Source of the DNA: Rickettsia typhi | GTDB lineage: Bacteria; Pseudomonadota; Alphaproteobacteria; Rickettsiales; UBA1997 | Reading direction: 5' to 3' | Length of the DNA: 64,000 bases | Assembly: GCA_945862535.1 (NCBI GenBank) | Contig: CAMAYG010000001.1 | Coordinates: 18,731-82,730 of the forward strand | In this document: piece by piece, positions 1 through 9,913 of the stretch | How positions within the stretch are numbered: position 1 is the first letter of the stretch | How the letters are laid out: the number at the start of each line of letters is the position of its first letter | Program-made: the position numbers and the translations under genes | The notes under the pieces: model-generated | Database searches by the model: none | What the model saw: the letters and a program-made list of their open reading frames with translations, nothing else | Told to the model about the DNA's origin: nothing

Positions 1-9
1 AAATACCTT

Positions 10-501
10 TTGGCTATATTTTTGCTTGGTCTGATGTCGATTTTTCTTCCTAATATCGCCAAATCGCAGATATTCGATAGTAAATTCGATAACTGGATAG
101 TTTACGAAAAAGAGGTTGATGCTAAAGAGAAAGTTTGTTACACAATGTCTAGCCCCGTCTTTAGCGATACAGATTTTCCTAATAGACAAAACCCGTTTTT
201 TATGATTGTCAGATCTTCTAAAACTCGAGAAGAAGATGTTTTAATTTTTTCAGGTTTTGAGTTAAAAAACAAAGATTTAATCACTGTGAAAATCAATCAA
301 AAACAATTTATTCTAGATGCGGAAGAGAATTTTGCCTTATTAAAAGACAAGGAAAAGAAAATTGATTTTATCAAGTCTATTCTCGATGGTTACGATTTTA
401 AAATCAGATCAAACTCTGCTTTTGGCAAATTTGCTGTAGATAATTATTTAACAAAAGGAGTGAATGATGCCTATTTTCGTATTAGGCAATTATGTCCCTA
501 G
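10..501 (+). CDS. Secreted hypothetical protein, possibly invasion-associated locus B (IalB)-like; true 5' end may lie upstream of the window
   Basis: 163-aa ORF opening with TTG 9 nt from the window edge. The hydrophobic N-terminus (IFLLGLMSIFLPNIAKS) looks like a signal peptide. Size, two distant Cys (KVCYTM and C-terminal RQLCP) and overall pattern resemble IalB-family proteins. This is recall-based similarity only. Confidence 0.45.
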   Translation: MAIFLLGLMSIFLPNIAKSQIFDSKFDNWIVYEKEVDAKEKVCYTMSSPVFSDTDFPNRQNPFFMIVRSSKTREEDVLIFSGFELKNKDLITVKINQKQFILDAEENFALLKDKEKKIDFIKSILDGYDFKIRSNSAFGKFAVDNYLTKGVNDAYFRIRQLCP

Positions 502-530
502 TGTTAATAACAAAATATTAGAGTTGTAAT

Positions 531-1412
531 ATGGCATCAAAGCTTCGTTTTACTTATTATTTCCGCAAATATTTTATCATTTTCATTAAAGTCATCAGAA
601 TTTCAATTATTGACACCGTAAGACAAGATGGCATTGAGCATGCTGGCTATTTGGCATTTCTTGGGCTAGTTTCTTTTTTACCATTTTTGATTATCTTGCT
701 ATCTTTAGCTAATGCTATTGGCATAGCAGAATACGGAATGTCGTTATTGATAGATGTTATTAAGCCTTTACCTCCTTCGGTTCAGCAAAATCTTAAGCCG
801 TTGCTGGCAGAAGTTTTTTCTTCACCGCCACAACAGTTTTTAACAATTGCTGTATTTGGCATTATTTGGACGGCATCCTCTTCTGTAGAGGGTTTAAGAA
901 CAATACTAAATCGTGCTTATAGAGTCCATTTTCCTCCACCGTATTTTATTAGAAGAATATTTAGTATTGTCGAGTTTTTTATTGTAACTTTTGTTTTGTT
1001 GGTTGCGGTATTAATATTGGCAATTTTTCCTTTATTTATTGGGTTTTTATTAAAATCGATGCCAATTTCTAGTAGTTTTATTTTTTTGTTTAAACTGCAT
1101 AATGTAACACTGTTAGCAATGGCAATTATTGCTAATGCTCTGCTTTATTTTGGCTTACCAAACTGCAAACAAAAAATATCCCAAACTATTCCGGGGTCTG
1201 TTTTGGTTGCTTTCTTACTGTTTTTTATATTAAAAATCTTTGGCTATTACCTAGTTCATTTTAAGCAATTCAGTTTAGTATATGGTTCTTTTGGCGGTAT
1301 AATTGGGCTTTTAATGGTTTTTTATTTATTTGCATTGGCTTTTATCTTTGGGGCAGAGTTTAATTATCATTTTCATAGGGTTTATAAAAAGTTTTTAAAA
1401 AAGACAAAATAA
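531..1412 (+). CDS. YihY/BrkB family inner-membrane protein
   Basis: 293 aa with multiple hydrophobic helices. DGIEHAGYLAFLGLVSFLPFLIILLSL near the N-terminus and FGAEFNY near the C-terminus are typical of the YihY/virulence factor BrkB family. Confidence 0.8.
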   Translation: MASKLRFTYYFRKYFIIFIKVIRISIIDTVRQDGIEHAGYLAFLGLVSFLPFLIILLSLANAIGIAEYGMSLLIDVIKPLPPSVQQNLKPLLAEVFSSPPQQFLTIAVFGIIWTASSSVEGLRTILNRAYRVHFPPPYFIRRIFSIVEFFIVTFVLLVAVLILAIFPLFIGFLLKSMPISSSFIFLFKLHNVTLLAMAIIANALLYFGLPNCKQKISQTIPGSVLVAFLLFFILKIFGYYLVHFKQFSLVYGSFGGIIGLLMVFYLFALAFIFGAEFNYHFHRVYKKFLKKTK

Positions 1413-1495
1413 GTTAAATCAAATATTGCCAATTAAATATTACTTTTTATTTTTGCTTTGTCGCTAATAATAGTAAAATCAATAAATCATAACAA

Positions 1496-2800
1496 ATGTC
1501 TAAAATTGTTGCAATTGAATCTCTAGAAATTCTTGATTCTAGGGGTTTTCCAACTATAGAAACTCTAGTAAAACTAGATTCTGGAATTACTGGTGTTTCC
1601 ATGGTTCCTTCTGGCGCTTCAACTGGCACCCTAGAAGCCCACGAATTAAGGGATGCAGATAACAATCGCTATCTCGGTAAAGGTGTAAAAAAGGCAATTA
1701 GTAATATCAAAGAAATTATTTTACCAAAAATAAAAGGCCTAGATTCCTCGAATCAGCAAGAGCTAGATCGAATAATGATCGACCTAGATGGCACAAAGAA
1801 CAAAGAAAAAATTGGTGCAAATGCTATTCTTTCTGTTTCTTTAGCTATTGCTAGAGCCTCTGCCAACAGTCAAAACATTTCGTTGTCGCAATATCTTTTT
1901 AATAAATACCGCAATCTTCTTGGAATTAAAGAGATGCAAATGCCAGTTCCTATGATGAATATTATTAATGGCGGTAAACATGCAGACAATAAAATCGACA
2001 TCCAAGAGTTTATGATAATGCCAGTAGGGGCAAATTCTATTGCCGAAGCCGTTAGAATTGGTGCAGAAATATTTCATCACTTAAAGTCTCTACTAAAAAA
2101 GGGTGGCCATAACACTAATGTTGGCGACGAAGGAGGTTTTGCTCCAGATTTTAAATCATCAAAACAAGCCCTTGATTTTATTGGCGAAGCAGTTAATAAA
2201 TCTGGTTACAAACTTGGTACAGAAGTATTTTTAGCTCTTGATAGTGCTTCAAGCGAGTTTTATTCTAATAATCAATATAACCTAGATGGCGAAAACCTAA
2301 AGCTATCAAGCGATCAAATGATTGCCTATTACCAAGATTTAATCAATCAATATCCTATTGTTTCAATAGAAGATGCTTTGGCAGAAAACGATTACAATGG
2401 CTGGAAAAACCTAACATTAGCTTTGGGTAAAAAAATACAACTCGTTGGCGACGATCTATTCGTTACAAATCCCGAAGTTCTAAAAATGGGAATAGAAAAC
2501 GGTTTAGCAAATGCAATGTTGGTAAAATTTAATCAAATAGGCACTTTAACAGAAACTATGGATGCAATTGCAATGGCAAATCATGCGGGCTATAAAAATA
2601 TCATATCTCATCGTTCTGGCGAAACCGAAGATGCTACAATTGCCCATATCGCAGTTGCTACTGGAGCCGGGCAAATTAAAACTGGTTCTCTTTGCAGGTC
2701 TGACAGAACGGCAAAATATAACGAATTAATCAGAATAGAAAGTAGTTTCTTGCAGTCTGGAGTTGCTATTAATTATGCCGGAAGAAGCATTTTGTTATAA
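1496..2800 (+). CDS. eno: Enolase (phosphopyruvate hydratase)
   Basis: 434 aa. The N-terminus [28 protein letters not shown], plus [15 protein letters not shown] and KTGS..RSDR..KYN motifs, are diagnostic. Confidence 0.97.
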   Translation: MSKIVAIESLEILDSRGFPTIETLVKLDSGITGVSMVPSGASTGTLEAHELRDADNNRYLGKGVKKAISNIKEIILPKIKGLDSSNQQELDRIMIDLDGTKNKEKIGANAILSVSLAIARASANSQNISLSQYLFNKYRNLLGIKEMQMPVPMMNIINGGKHADNKIDIQEFMIMPVGANSIAEAVRIGAEIFHHLKSLLKKGGHNTNVGDEGGFAPDFKSSKQALDFIGEAVNKSGYKLGTEVFLALDSASSEFYSNNQYNLDGENLKLSSDQMIAYYQDLINQYPIVSIEDALAENDYNGWKNLTLALGKKIQLVGDDLFVTNPEVLKMGIENGLANAMLVKFNQIGTLTETMDAIAMANHAGYKNIISHRSGETEDATIAHIAVATGAGQIKTGSLCRSDRTAKYNELIRIESSFLQSGVAINYAGRSILL

Positions 2801-2854
2801 ATTCTGTTATAATGGCCAATTTTGCAACCATAACATAGCTATCTGGGCTTTCTG

Positions 2855-3703
2855 CTAATCTAGCTTAGGGTTTTTAACAAAAAACATTTCATTAGCATTT
2901 GATAAATCTTTGTTGAATTGGTAATTAAGATCGGAAAATTCTTTGATTTCTGCTATTTTTCTAATATTATTTAGTAATATAAACTTAATCATCGAGCCCC
3001 GTGCTTTCTTTGAATTTATGCCTATCGATGTTCTTTTTCCTTGCTTCTCTTCCTGAAAAACAATATTAATAATTTTGACATTATTGTTTTCTGTTATTAG
3101 TTCTCGATTTAAAGCCGAAGAATATTCGTTAGAAGCAAGGTTGATTATGGTTTCAGTTTCGCTTTCTAAGGCTTTCTTTCTAAAAAAACTTGCTAAATCT
3201 TTCTGCCAGAAATGATAAAGATTTTTTAATTCTTGTGCTTGAATCGTTGTTTTTTGTGAATCTAGGTTGTTAATAAAGTTTTTTTCGGCAAAATTTGTCG
3301 ACATTTCAAGCCTGTGCTCGATTATTAAATCTAGCGGTCTTAGAACTCCATATAAGCCAGACAAAATAAATAATTTTTCCTCGGCATTAGCTATTAGCTT
3401 TTTTTGAATTTTTAGATCTAGTTTTTTAATGGCAAGATTTTCATATAAATCGCCGTTAAAGGCAAATATCGCAGGCCTTTTATTGGCATTGTTAGAATGC
3501 CAATTTTCAAACCTATTTTTGTTTAAAGTCGCTAAATCATCACTAATTTTCATCAATCTAGCAATGTCTTGTTGGTTTAGATTATGCAAAAAGCCTAATA
3601 AAATTCGACTTCGATTATAAAAAACAGGTTCTTTTCCTAGGAATTCTAGCGATATATCGCTAGAGAAATCGAGTTTTTTTGCGGGAGATGTAATGATTAT
3701 CAT
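2855..3703 (-). CDS. yaaA: Peroxide stress protein YaaA (UPF0246/DUF328)
   Basis: 282 aa. MIIITSPAKKLDF start, LMKISD, AFNGDLY and LSGLYGVLRPLDLI..RLEM are colinear with E. coli YaaA. Confidence 0.85.
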   Translation of the reverse strand: MIIITSPAKKLDFSSDISLEFLGKEPVFYNRSRILLGFLHNLNQQDIARLMKISDDLATLNKNRFENWHSNNANKRPAIFAFNGDLYENLAIKKLDLKIQKKLIANAEEKLFILSGLYGVLRPLDLIIEHRLEMSTNFAEKNFINNLDSQKTTIQAQELKNLYHFWQKDLASFFRKKALESETETIINLASNEYSSALNRELITENNNVKIINIVFQEEKQGKRTSIGINSKKARGSMIKFILLNNIRKIAEIKEFSDLNYQFNKDLSNANEMFFVKNPKLD

Positions 3704-3728
3704 CGAGTGGGCTGGGAAGGTAGTTAAT

Positions 3729-4427
3729 TTAAAAAATACTATCGGTGTTGAAGCTGTTAAGCAGTTTTATTTTAACTTTTGCAGTACCTTGTGATTTAAA
3801 TTCTAGTGTTTCTGCTGCTTTTTCCGATAAATCTATTATTCTTCGATTGTCTGAATCTAAGGTTTTGTTTCTAACAAAAGGGCCTCTGTCGTTAATTTTC
3901 ACCACCACTGTTTTGTTGTTTTTAATGTTAGTTACCATTACCCAAGATGGTATTGGTAGTTTTGGATGGGCAGCGGTCATAAGTTGACTGTTAAATTTTT
4001 CTCCACTTGCCGTAGATTTTCCATTAAATTTTTTGCCATACCACGAGGCTATTCCAATATCTTCAAGATTACTAGTAGCATTATTTTTAACAATAGCTTT
4101 GCTTTGCTGATATTCCAATAAAGCATCGCCATCTACTAGTTCTAAAGGTTTACTCTTGTTAATATTTTTGATGTGTTGGTTTTTTGAGTCTATTTCCTGT
4201 AGTTCTTGCTGAAAAGATTTTAGAATCATATTTCCTTCGCTATCTTGTTGCTGTTGAAAATAATGATTTCCTACTTTGATTTTATTTTTTGAAATAGATT
4301 TGGTAAGTTTTTTTTGATTAGCAATCTTCTTGTTGATTGGGTTGGTTTTATTAGCTTTGTTATTTATGAAATGGCAAGAAGTGCTATTTAATAAGATTAA
4401 AGCGATAATAAATTTAAAGTATCTCAT
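3729..4427 (-). CDS. rlpA: Septal ring lytic transglycosylase RlpA family protein (DPBB domain), lipoprotein-like
   Basis: 232 aa. The hydrophobic N-terminus ends in Cys18. The DPBB core is ASWYGKKFNGKSTASGEKF..MTAAHPKLP.PS.V.VTN..NNKTVVVKINDRGPF. Confidence 0.85.
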   Translation of the reverse strand: MRYFKFIIALILLNSTSCHFINNKANKTNPINKKIANQKKLTKSISKNKIKVGNHYFQQQQDSEGNMILKSFQQELQEIDSKNQHIKNINKSKPLELVDGDALLEYQQSKAIVKNNATSNLEDIGIASWYGKKFNGKSTASGEKFNSQLMTAAHPKLPIPSWVMVTNIKNNKTVVVKINDRGPFVRNKTLDSDNRRIIDLSEKAAETLEFKSQGTAKVKIKLLNSFNTDSIF

Positions 4428-4502
4428 GGTTTATAGCTAAATGTTGGGAAATATTATTGAATATTTCGCAGATAGGTTTTGAAATCAAAGAAAAAGCAGA
4501 TA

Positions 4503-5231
4503 TTAGTTTGCAAATTCTTTGACTGTTAAATTTTCGGTAAGAGTAGTTTTGTTGATATTAATGGGGGAAGGGGTGGCTAGATATTCTGCCAGATATTCTG
4601 TTTTTGTTAATAAGAATATGCCATATTGTGCAAAAAAATTACTAAATAATTTAGTGGAAAATATCTTATTTAAAGTTTTTTTGTTGTCAAGGAATCTTTC
4701 TTCTACTATTGTGAAGCCCGATTTTTCGCATAGATTTTTAAAATCTAAAATCGAACAAAAGTGAATATTTGGTGTATCGAACCATTGAAAGGGAATATTC
4801 TTATTAACTGGCATTGTGCCTTTAAAAGCAAGGTGTATACGATTTTTAAAATGTGCAAAATTTGGTAAAGATATTATAGCAAATTTGGCGATTCTTAGCA
4901 TTTCTTCTAAAATTAGCTTCGGCTCTTGCATTGCCTGAATCGTTTGACTAAGTATTGCATAATCAAAACTTTCATCTGGGTAATAATGTAGTTGATTTTT
5001 GGCATCGCCCGTAATAACGGGAATGCCTTTTTTTATTGCCAATATTGCTTTTTTATGCGATATTTCTAGCCCGTAAACCGTGGCATCGTGTTTATTTTTT
5101 AACAGTGCTAATAAGTCTCCTTCGCCACATCCTATATCTAGAACTTTGGCCCTTTTTTTAATTAAATTAGAAATTATCTCGAGATCGTAACGAATGTTGT
5201 CGACCTTGATAATGCTTTGAGTTATTTCCAT
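4503..5231 (-). CDS. metW: Methionine biosynthesis protein MetW (methyltransferase-like)
   Basis: 242 aa with SAM-MTase motif VLDIGCGEGDLL. It lies directly downstream of metX, the conserved metXW arrangement. Confidence 0.85.
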   Translation of the reverse strand: MEITQSIIKVDNIRYDLEIISNLIKKRAKVLDIGCGEGDLLALLKNKHDATVYGLEISHKKAILAIKKGIPVITGDAKNQLHYYPDESFDYAILSQTIQAMQEPKLILEEMLRIAKFAIISLPNFAHFKNRIHLAFKGTMPVNKNIPFQWFDTPNIHFCSILDFKNLCEKSGFTIVEERFLDNKKTLNKIFSTKLFSNFFAQYGIFLLTKTEYLAEYLATPSPININKTTLTENLTVKEFAN

Positions 5232-5239
5232 AATATCTA

Positions 5240-6430
5240 CTAAAATTCTAAAAAGTTACAAATAAGATCTTCCATTTGCTTATTTTTGATTAAAAAAGAA
5301 TCGTGCCCGTTGCTACTATCGATGTTGATAGAGCTTACTTTGGCACCAATTGATAGTAGATTTGCTGTTAATTTTTCTAGTTCCGACGACGGAAAAAGCC
5401 AATCATCGCTAAAGCTCACTAAACAAAACTCTATATCTTTTGAATTGCAAAATGCTAAACTTAGACTGTTACCATTATCCTTTTCAAGATCGAAATAATC
5501 AACAGCTTTTGTAAGGCAAATATAGGAGTTAGGATCGAATCTTTCGGTAAAGTTCATCCCTTGATAATGTAGATAGTTCTCGATTTCAAATTTCTCTTTT
5601 TTTTGCTGATTGATATCTGAATAAAGTTTTTTGTCTTTCTGGATTTTTCTGCCAAATTTTTTTTGCAACAACTCTTCTGATAGATAGGTAATATTGGCAC
5701 TCATTCTTGCCAGAGCTAAACCGCGGGACGGAAATTTTTGATATTCTAAATATTCGCCGTCACAATAATCGGTATCTGTTATTATTGCCTGCCTGCCAAC
5801 TTCGTGAAAAGCAATATTTTGCGGAGTGTGGCGATATGATGTTGCTAGTGCTATTGCCTTTTTTAAGAAATTAGGGTATAAACTCGCCCAAGTCAAAGTT
5901 TGCATTCCGCCAAATGAACCGCCAATTACCGCATGTAATTTATTAATTTTAAAATGATTTTCAATGAAGAGTTTTTGTGCTTTTATTATGTCGTTAATTG
6001 TTATTTCTGGAAATTCTTTTCCATAAGCTTTTCCATGGGCTTTTTCATGGTCTTCTTCGTGGTATTGTTGATAGTTTTGGTTTATTGTTTTTGGCCCAAA
6101 TGAACCCATGCAACCACCAATAACATTAGTTACAATAACAAAAAACTTTTTGGTATCTATTGCCAAATCGTCGCCAATAACAAAGTTCCACCAGCCGTTC
6201 TTCTTAGTAACTGGGTTTTCCGATGCGGCATATTGATCGCCAGTTAAAGCATGGCAAACTAAGACTGCATTTGATTTTTCTGCATTTAGATTGCCATATG
6301 TTTGATAGGCGATAGGAAAATCTTTTACGATTTGCCCGCACTCCAAAGTTAAGCTTGATGTAATATTTACAATGTTGCCAATTTTAATTTTTTTATAATT
6401 ATTGCCAAAAACAAGTTCCTGAATATGCAT
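5240..6430 (-). CDS. metX: Homoserine O-acetyltransferase MetX
   Basis: 396 aa alpha/beta hydrolase. Motifs VCHALTGD, the nucleophile elbow GGSFGGMQ, and C-terminal S.GHDSFL. Contains a short His/Lys-rich insertion (HEEDHEKAHGKAYGKE). Confidence 0.9.
   Translation of the reverse strand: MHIQELVFGNNYKKIKIGNIVNITSSLTLECGQIVKDFPIAYQTYGNLNAEKSNAVLVCHALTGDQYAASENPVTKKNGWWNFVIGDDLAIDTKKFFVIVTNVIGGCMGSFGPKTINQNYQQYHEEDHEKAHGKAYGKEFPEITINDIIKAQKLFIENHFKINKLHAVIGGSFGGMQTLTWASLYPNFLKKAIALATSYRHTPQNIAFHEVGRQAIITDTDYCDGEYLEYQKFPSRGLALARMSANITYLSEELLQKKFGRKIQKDKKLYSDINQQKKEKFEIENYLHYQGMNFTERFDPNSYICLTKAVDYFDLEKDNGNSLSLAFCNSKDIEFCLVSFSDDWLFPSSELEKLTANLLSIGAKVSSINIDSSNGHDSFLIKNKQMEDLICNFLEF
6016..6051. repeat. 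In-frame 12-bp x3 imperfect tandem repeat inside metX
   Basis: Plus strand reads cttttccataag / cttttccatggg / ctttttcatggt at 6016, 6028 and 6040. It encodes the (K-A-x-G)-like insertion EKAHGKAYGKE of MetX. Confidence 0.7.
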
Positions 6431-6752
6431 TTTCTTTGATTTTTAGTAGCCAAGTTTAATTAAATTGAAAATATTTTGCTTTTTGCTAGTTAATTCTAAT
6501 GTAATAAAAATGCAATTAATAATTTAAATAAACCATGTTTTAAATTATTGTTTTTTATATCGTTAATCAAAATCAATAACACCAATTTATTACTTGCATT
6601 TTAAATAAAATCAAATTAATTTCTTTTTATTTTAAAATCTTTTTCTACTTTGTTAAATCGAGTTAAATCGGTTTCAAATTAGCAAAAATTAAGTCAAGAG
6701 CTAGTTTAATGCTAATCACAAATCAAGGAATAATCAGGTCAATTACTCAATT

Positions 6753-8066
6753 ATGCAAAAAAAAGTTTTAGTTATTGGTGGAGGCGGTAGGGAGCATGCG
6801 GTAACAATCGCTTTTTTAAAGTCTGAACATAAGCCAAAAGTTTTTGTTTTGCCTGGCAATGCTGGAACGGCAGAAATTGCTTTTAATGTAACAGGCATCG
6901 ACACAAAAGATCATCAAAAAATTATCGAATTTTGCAAAAAAGAGCAAATTGACCTTGTTTTTATTGGCCCTGAACAACCGTTAGTCGATGGTTTGGTCGA
7001 TGACTTAACTCTTGCAAATATTAAAGTTTTTGGCCCAAGTAAAGGGGCTTCTCAATTAGAAGGGTCAAAGATTTTTATGAAAAATCTTGTCGAAAAAAAC
7101 TCAATCCCCACAGCAGATTTTAAAGCTTTTACCGAATTACCCCTCGCTCTAGCCCATATTTCTAAAGCTAAACAATACCCTTTGGTTATTAAAACAGATG
7201 GCCTAGCCTCGGGAAAGGGTGTTGTAATTGCTAAAAATCACGATGAAGCAACTACTGCTATTGGCGAGTTTTTTAATGGTAAATTTGGCGAAGCTGGAAA
7301 GAAAATCATCGTCGAAGAATTTCTTGATGGTTTTGAGGTTAGTTATTTTGTAATTTGCGATGGTAAAAACTTTTTACCTATTGGCTTCGCCCACGATCAT
7401 AAAAAAATCGGTGAAAACGACACTGGGCTTAATACTGGCGGAATGGGAGCTTTTTCTCCTTCGCCATTTATTAACAAAAATATCGAAGAAAAAGTGATTC
7501 GTAAAATCATTTTACCAACTCTCAGGGCAATGGAAAAATCTGGTAATAGCTTTTCCGGCATTCTTTTTGCTGGCTTAATGATTGTAAAAGACGAGCCAAA
7601 GCTTCTGGAATATAATATTCGTTTTGGCGACCCCGAAACTCAGGTAATACTGCCAACAATTAAAAGCGATTTCTTTGAATTAATAGATAGTGCGGTCAAT
7701 AAAACACTTAATAATTTTAAAATAGAGCTTCACGAAGGTTTGAAAGCGGTTTGTTTGGTTGTTTCTGCTTTAGGTTATCCGCTGGATTATCAAAACGGAA
7801 TAGCAATAACATTGCCGAAAAATTTAAATAACGATTTTTATAGCAAAGGCAAGTTGCAAAATGCCGAAGGCTACATTCTTCACGCAGGGACAGTAAAAGA
7901 CGACAATGGTGTTTTATTATCTAACGGCGGTAGAGTCTTAAATATTGTTGCTACTGCTACTAATTTTAAAGATGCAATAAAATGTGTCTATGAAATTGCC
8001 GAAAATATTAACTGGTCCCATGGCTATTTTCGCAAAGACATTGCAAAAAGAGCCATTAATTTTTAA
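6753..8066 (+). CDS. purD: Phosphoribosylamine--glycine ligase PurD
   Basis: 437 aa. Starts KVLVIGGGGREHA. ATP-grasp core (VIKTDGLASGKGV, EEFLDG.E.S) and GGRVL near the C-terminus. Confidence 0.95.
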   Translation: MQKKVLVIGGGGREHAVTIAFLKSEHKPKVFVLPGNAGTAEIAFNVTGIDTKDHQKIIEFCKKEQIDLVFIGPEQPLVDGLVDDLTLANIKVFGPSKGASQLEGSKIFMKNLVEKNSIPTADFKAFTELPLALAHISKAKQYPLVIKTDGLASGKGVVIAKNHDEATTAIGEFFNGKFGEAGKKIIVEEFLDGFEVSYFVICDGKNFLPIGFAHDHKKIGENDTGLNTGGMGAFSPSPFINKNIEEKVIRKIILPTLRAMEKSGNSFSGILFAGLMIVKDEPKLLEYNIRFGDPETQVILPTIKSDFFELIDSAVNKTLNNFKIELHEGLKAVCLVVSALGYPLDYQNGIAITLPKNLNNDFYSKGKLQNAEGYILHAGTVKDDNGVLLSNGGRVLNIVATATNFKDAIKCVYEIAENINWSHGYFRKDIAKRAINF

Positions 8067-8324
8067 TCATGGGGCTATTTTCGCAAAGACATTGCAAAAA
8101 GAGCCATTAATTTTTAATCATGGGGCTATTTTCGCAAAGACATTGCAAAAAGAGCCATTAATTTTTAACCATGGGGCTATTTTCGCAAAGACATTGCAAA
8201 AAGAGCCATTAATTTTTAACCATGGGGCTATTTTCGCAAAGACATTGCAAAAAGAGCCATTAATTTTTAATCACAGGGCTATTTTCGCAAAGACATTGCA
8301 AAAAGAGCCATTAATTTTTAATCA
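8022..8324. repeat. 51-bp tandem repeat, 6 copies, derived from the last 15 codons plus stop of purD
   Basis: The unit ggctattttcgcaaagacattgcaaaaagagccattaatttttaatcatgg begins at 8022, 8073, 8124, 8175, 8226 and 8277. Copies differ only at the junction (aatcatgg, aatcatgg, aaccatgg, aaccatgg, aatcacag). Copy 6 diverges after aatca at 8324. Confidence 0.97.
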
Positions 8325-8365
8325 ATTTTCCATCATTTACTTTTTAATCATAAACTGCATTAACT

Positions 8366-9871
8366 ATGAAAATAAAATTTACCGAAAAATCATCTAAAGT
8401 TTCTGGAAATAAAAATACCAAGAAAGCTATTGCCAATCTAATGCTTTTTAGCGAAGAATCTTGCTCTAAAAGCAAAGATATCGAGCCAGAATTGGCAAAA
8501 AATCTTTTTTCCTTCGACGGTAAGCTTAATAAAGTTGCCAATGTCACCACGGTAGAAAATAATTCTCAATATTTAACATTTTTGTTTGGAATTGGCTCCA
8601 ATGCCGATGTTAAAAAATATCACGAACTAGATTATCAAAAGATTGGTGCCAAAATATTCAATGCTATAAATGCTAATAAAATCAACTCTCTTGTTATAAA
8701 AAATAACAATTTAATTAGCGATGAAAATTTAGCACATATCGCTTTTGGCATGTTATTGCAAAGCTATCGTTTTAATCAATATTTTGAAAAAAGAAAATCG
8801 GAAAAAGAAATTAGCTTAAACGAAGTAGAAATAATTATTACAGAGGCTAAAAAAGCCAATAGCTGTTTCGACGATCTATCTCTAGTTGCTCAAAATGTTT
8901 TTTTGGTAAGGAATCTGGTTTCTGAACCTGGTAATGTCTTAAATCCAGAAACTTATGCAAAATTTTGTCAAGAAATAAAGTGTAAAGGTCTTGAGATAGA
9001 AGTTTTAGACGAGGCAAAAATGTCGAAACTCGGAATGAATTCACTGCTTGGAGTTGGAATCGGCAGTGCTAAGAAGTCAAATTTAGTTATTCTTCGTTGG
9101 AACGGTGGCAAAAAAGACGATGCTCCTTTGGCTTTTGTTGGTAAGGGGGTAACTTTTGATACGGGAGGTATATCCATAAAACCTTCTGCCAATATGGAAG
9201 ATATGAAAACCGATATGGCGGGTTCTGCGGTTGTTGTTGGTTTATTAAAACTCTTAGCAGAAAGAAAAGCCAAAGTAAATGCTGTTGGTGTTATTGGTTT
9301 AGTAGAAAATATGCCTTCTGGCGAAGCTCAAAGACCGGGGGATGTTGTTAAATCTATGTCGGGTCAAACAATTGAAATTGTTAATACCGATGCCGAAGGT
9401 CGCTTAGTCCTTGCAGATGCTATTTATTATACAATAAATCAATTTAAGCCAAAAATACTAATAGATCTTGCCACTTTAACTGGTGCAATAATTGTTTGCC
9501 TTGCCGATATTTATGCTGGTCTTTTTTCTAATAACAAAGATTTAGCAGAGCAATTAATAGATTCTGGTGAAAAAACAGCCGAAAAGCTTTGGCAAATGCC
9601 AATTGGCTCGGAATACGACGAGATGATAAATTCTGATATCGCAGATATGAAAAATGTTGGTAGTGGTCGTGGAGCAGGTAGCACAACCGCCGCTCAATTC
9701 ATTAAGAGATTTATTTCTGACGAAGATGGTAAAGAGGTAAAATGGGCCCATCTAGATATAGCTGGAGTAGCATGGAAGGGTAAGGGCGATCAATTTGCAA
9801 CTAAAGGTGCCACTGGTTTTGGTTTGCGATTGCTAGATAGAATGGTTCGTGATTACTACGAAAATAAATAG
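8366..9871 (+). CDS. pepA: Leucyl aminopeptidase PepA (M17 family)
   Basis: 501 aa. M17 signature NTDAEGRLVLADA, plus VGKGVTFDTGG.S.KP and M..DM.G.A. Confidence 0.93.
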   Translation: MKIKFTEKSSKVSGNKNTKKAIANLMLFSEESCSKSKDIEPELAKNLFSFDGKLNKVANVTTVENNSQYLTFLFGIGSNADVKKYHELDYQKIGAKIFNAINANKINSLVIKNNNLISDENLAHIAFGMLLQSYRFNQYFEKRKSEKEISLNEVEIIITEAKKANSCFDDLSLVAQNVFLVRNLVSEPGNVLNPETYAKFCQEIKCKGLEIEVLDEAKMSKLGMNSLLGVGIGSAKKSNLVILRWNGGKKDDAPLAFVGKGVTFDTGGISIKPSANMEDMKTDMAGSAVVVGLLKLLAERKAKVNAVGVIGLVENMPSGEAQRPGDVVKSMSGQTIEIVNTDAEGRLVLADAIYYTINQFKPKILIDLATLTGAIIVCLADIYAGLFSNNKDLAEQLIDSGEKTAEKLWQMPIGSEYDEMINSDIADMKNVGSGRGAGSTTAAQFIKRFISDEDGKEVKWAHLDIAGVAWKGKGDQFATKGATGFGLRLLDRMVRDYYENK

Positions 9872-9913
9872 TCCTTTAATTTAAGGGCAGAATAAATAAT
9901 AATTACTTAGTAG

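Noticed and set aside
4448-4467. Short A/T-rich hairpins after several genes. Examples are gaaatatt-attg-aatatttc after metW, atagtt-aaaa-aactat after fadE, and aaagc-taaa-gcttt after rpoZ.
   Set aside because: Their stems of 5-8 bp of mostly A-T pairs, without U-tracts, are expected by chance many times in this composition. They are not reported as terminators.
6589-6603. An identical 15-mer, attacttgcatttta, shared by two divergent-promoter spacers (6589-6603 and 29626-29640).
   Set aside because: With this base composition, about ten or more exact 15-mer coincidences are expected in 64 kb. There is no extended similarity around the match.
6431-6752. A search for a SAM-II/SAM-V-type riboswitch upstream of metX (minus strand) and for purine-responsive elements upstream of purD. 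The tandem 9-mer gttaaatcg-a-gttaaatcg at 6652-6670 was also noted.
   Set aside because: The metX leader (..actagcaaaaagcaaaatattttcaatttaattaaacttggctactaaaaatcaaagaaaATG) lacks the GC-containing pseudoknot stems and conserved AAAGCU-type core that I associate with SAM-II/V. The 9-mer duplication is short, and similar duplications occur elsewhere (42919-42937), which is consistent with slippage rather than an operator.
7984-8397. A 137-aa ORF encoding the reiterated peptide GAIFAKTLQKEPLIFNH across the 51-bp repeat array.
   Set aside because: The frame is open only because the repeat unit is a multiple of 3 and happens to lack stops in that frame. It overlaps both the purD end and the pepA start, begins with GTG inside purD, and has no independent support. 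It is kept as an alternative hypothesis inside the tandem-repeat finding, not called as a gene.
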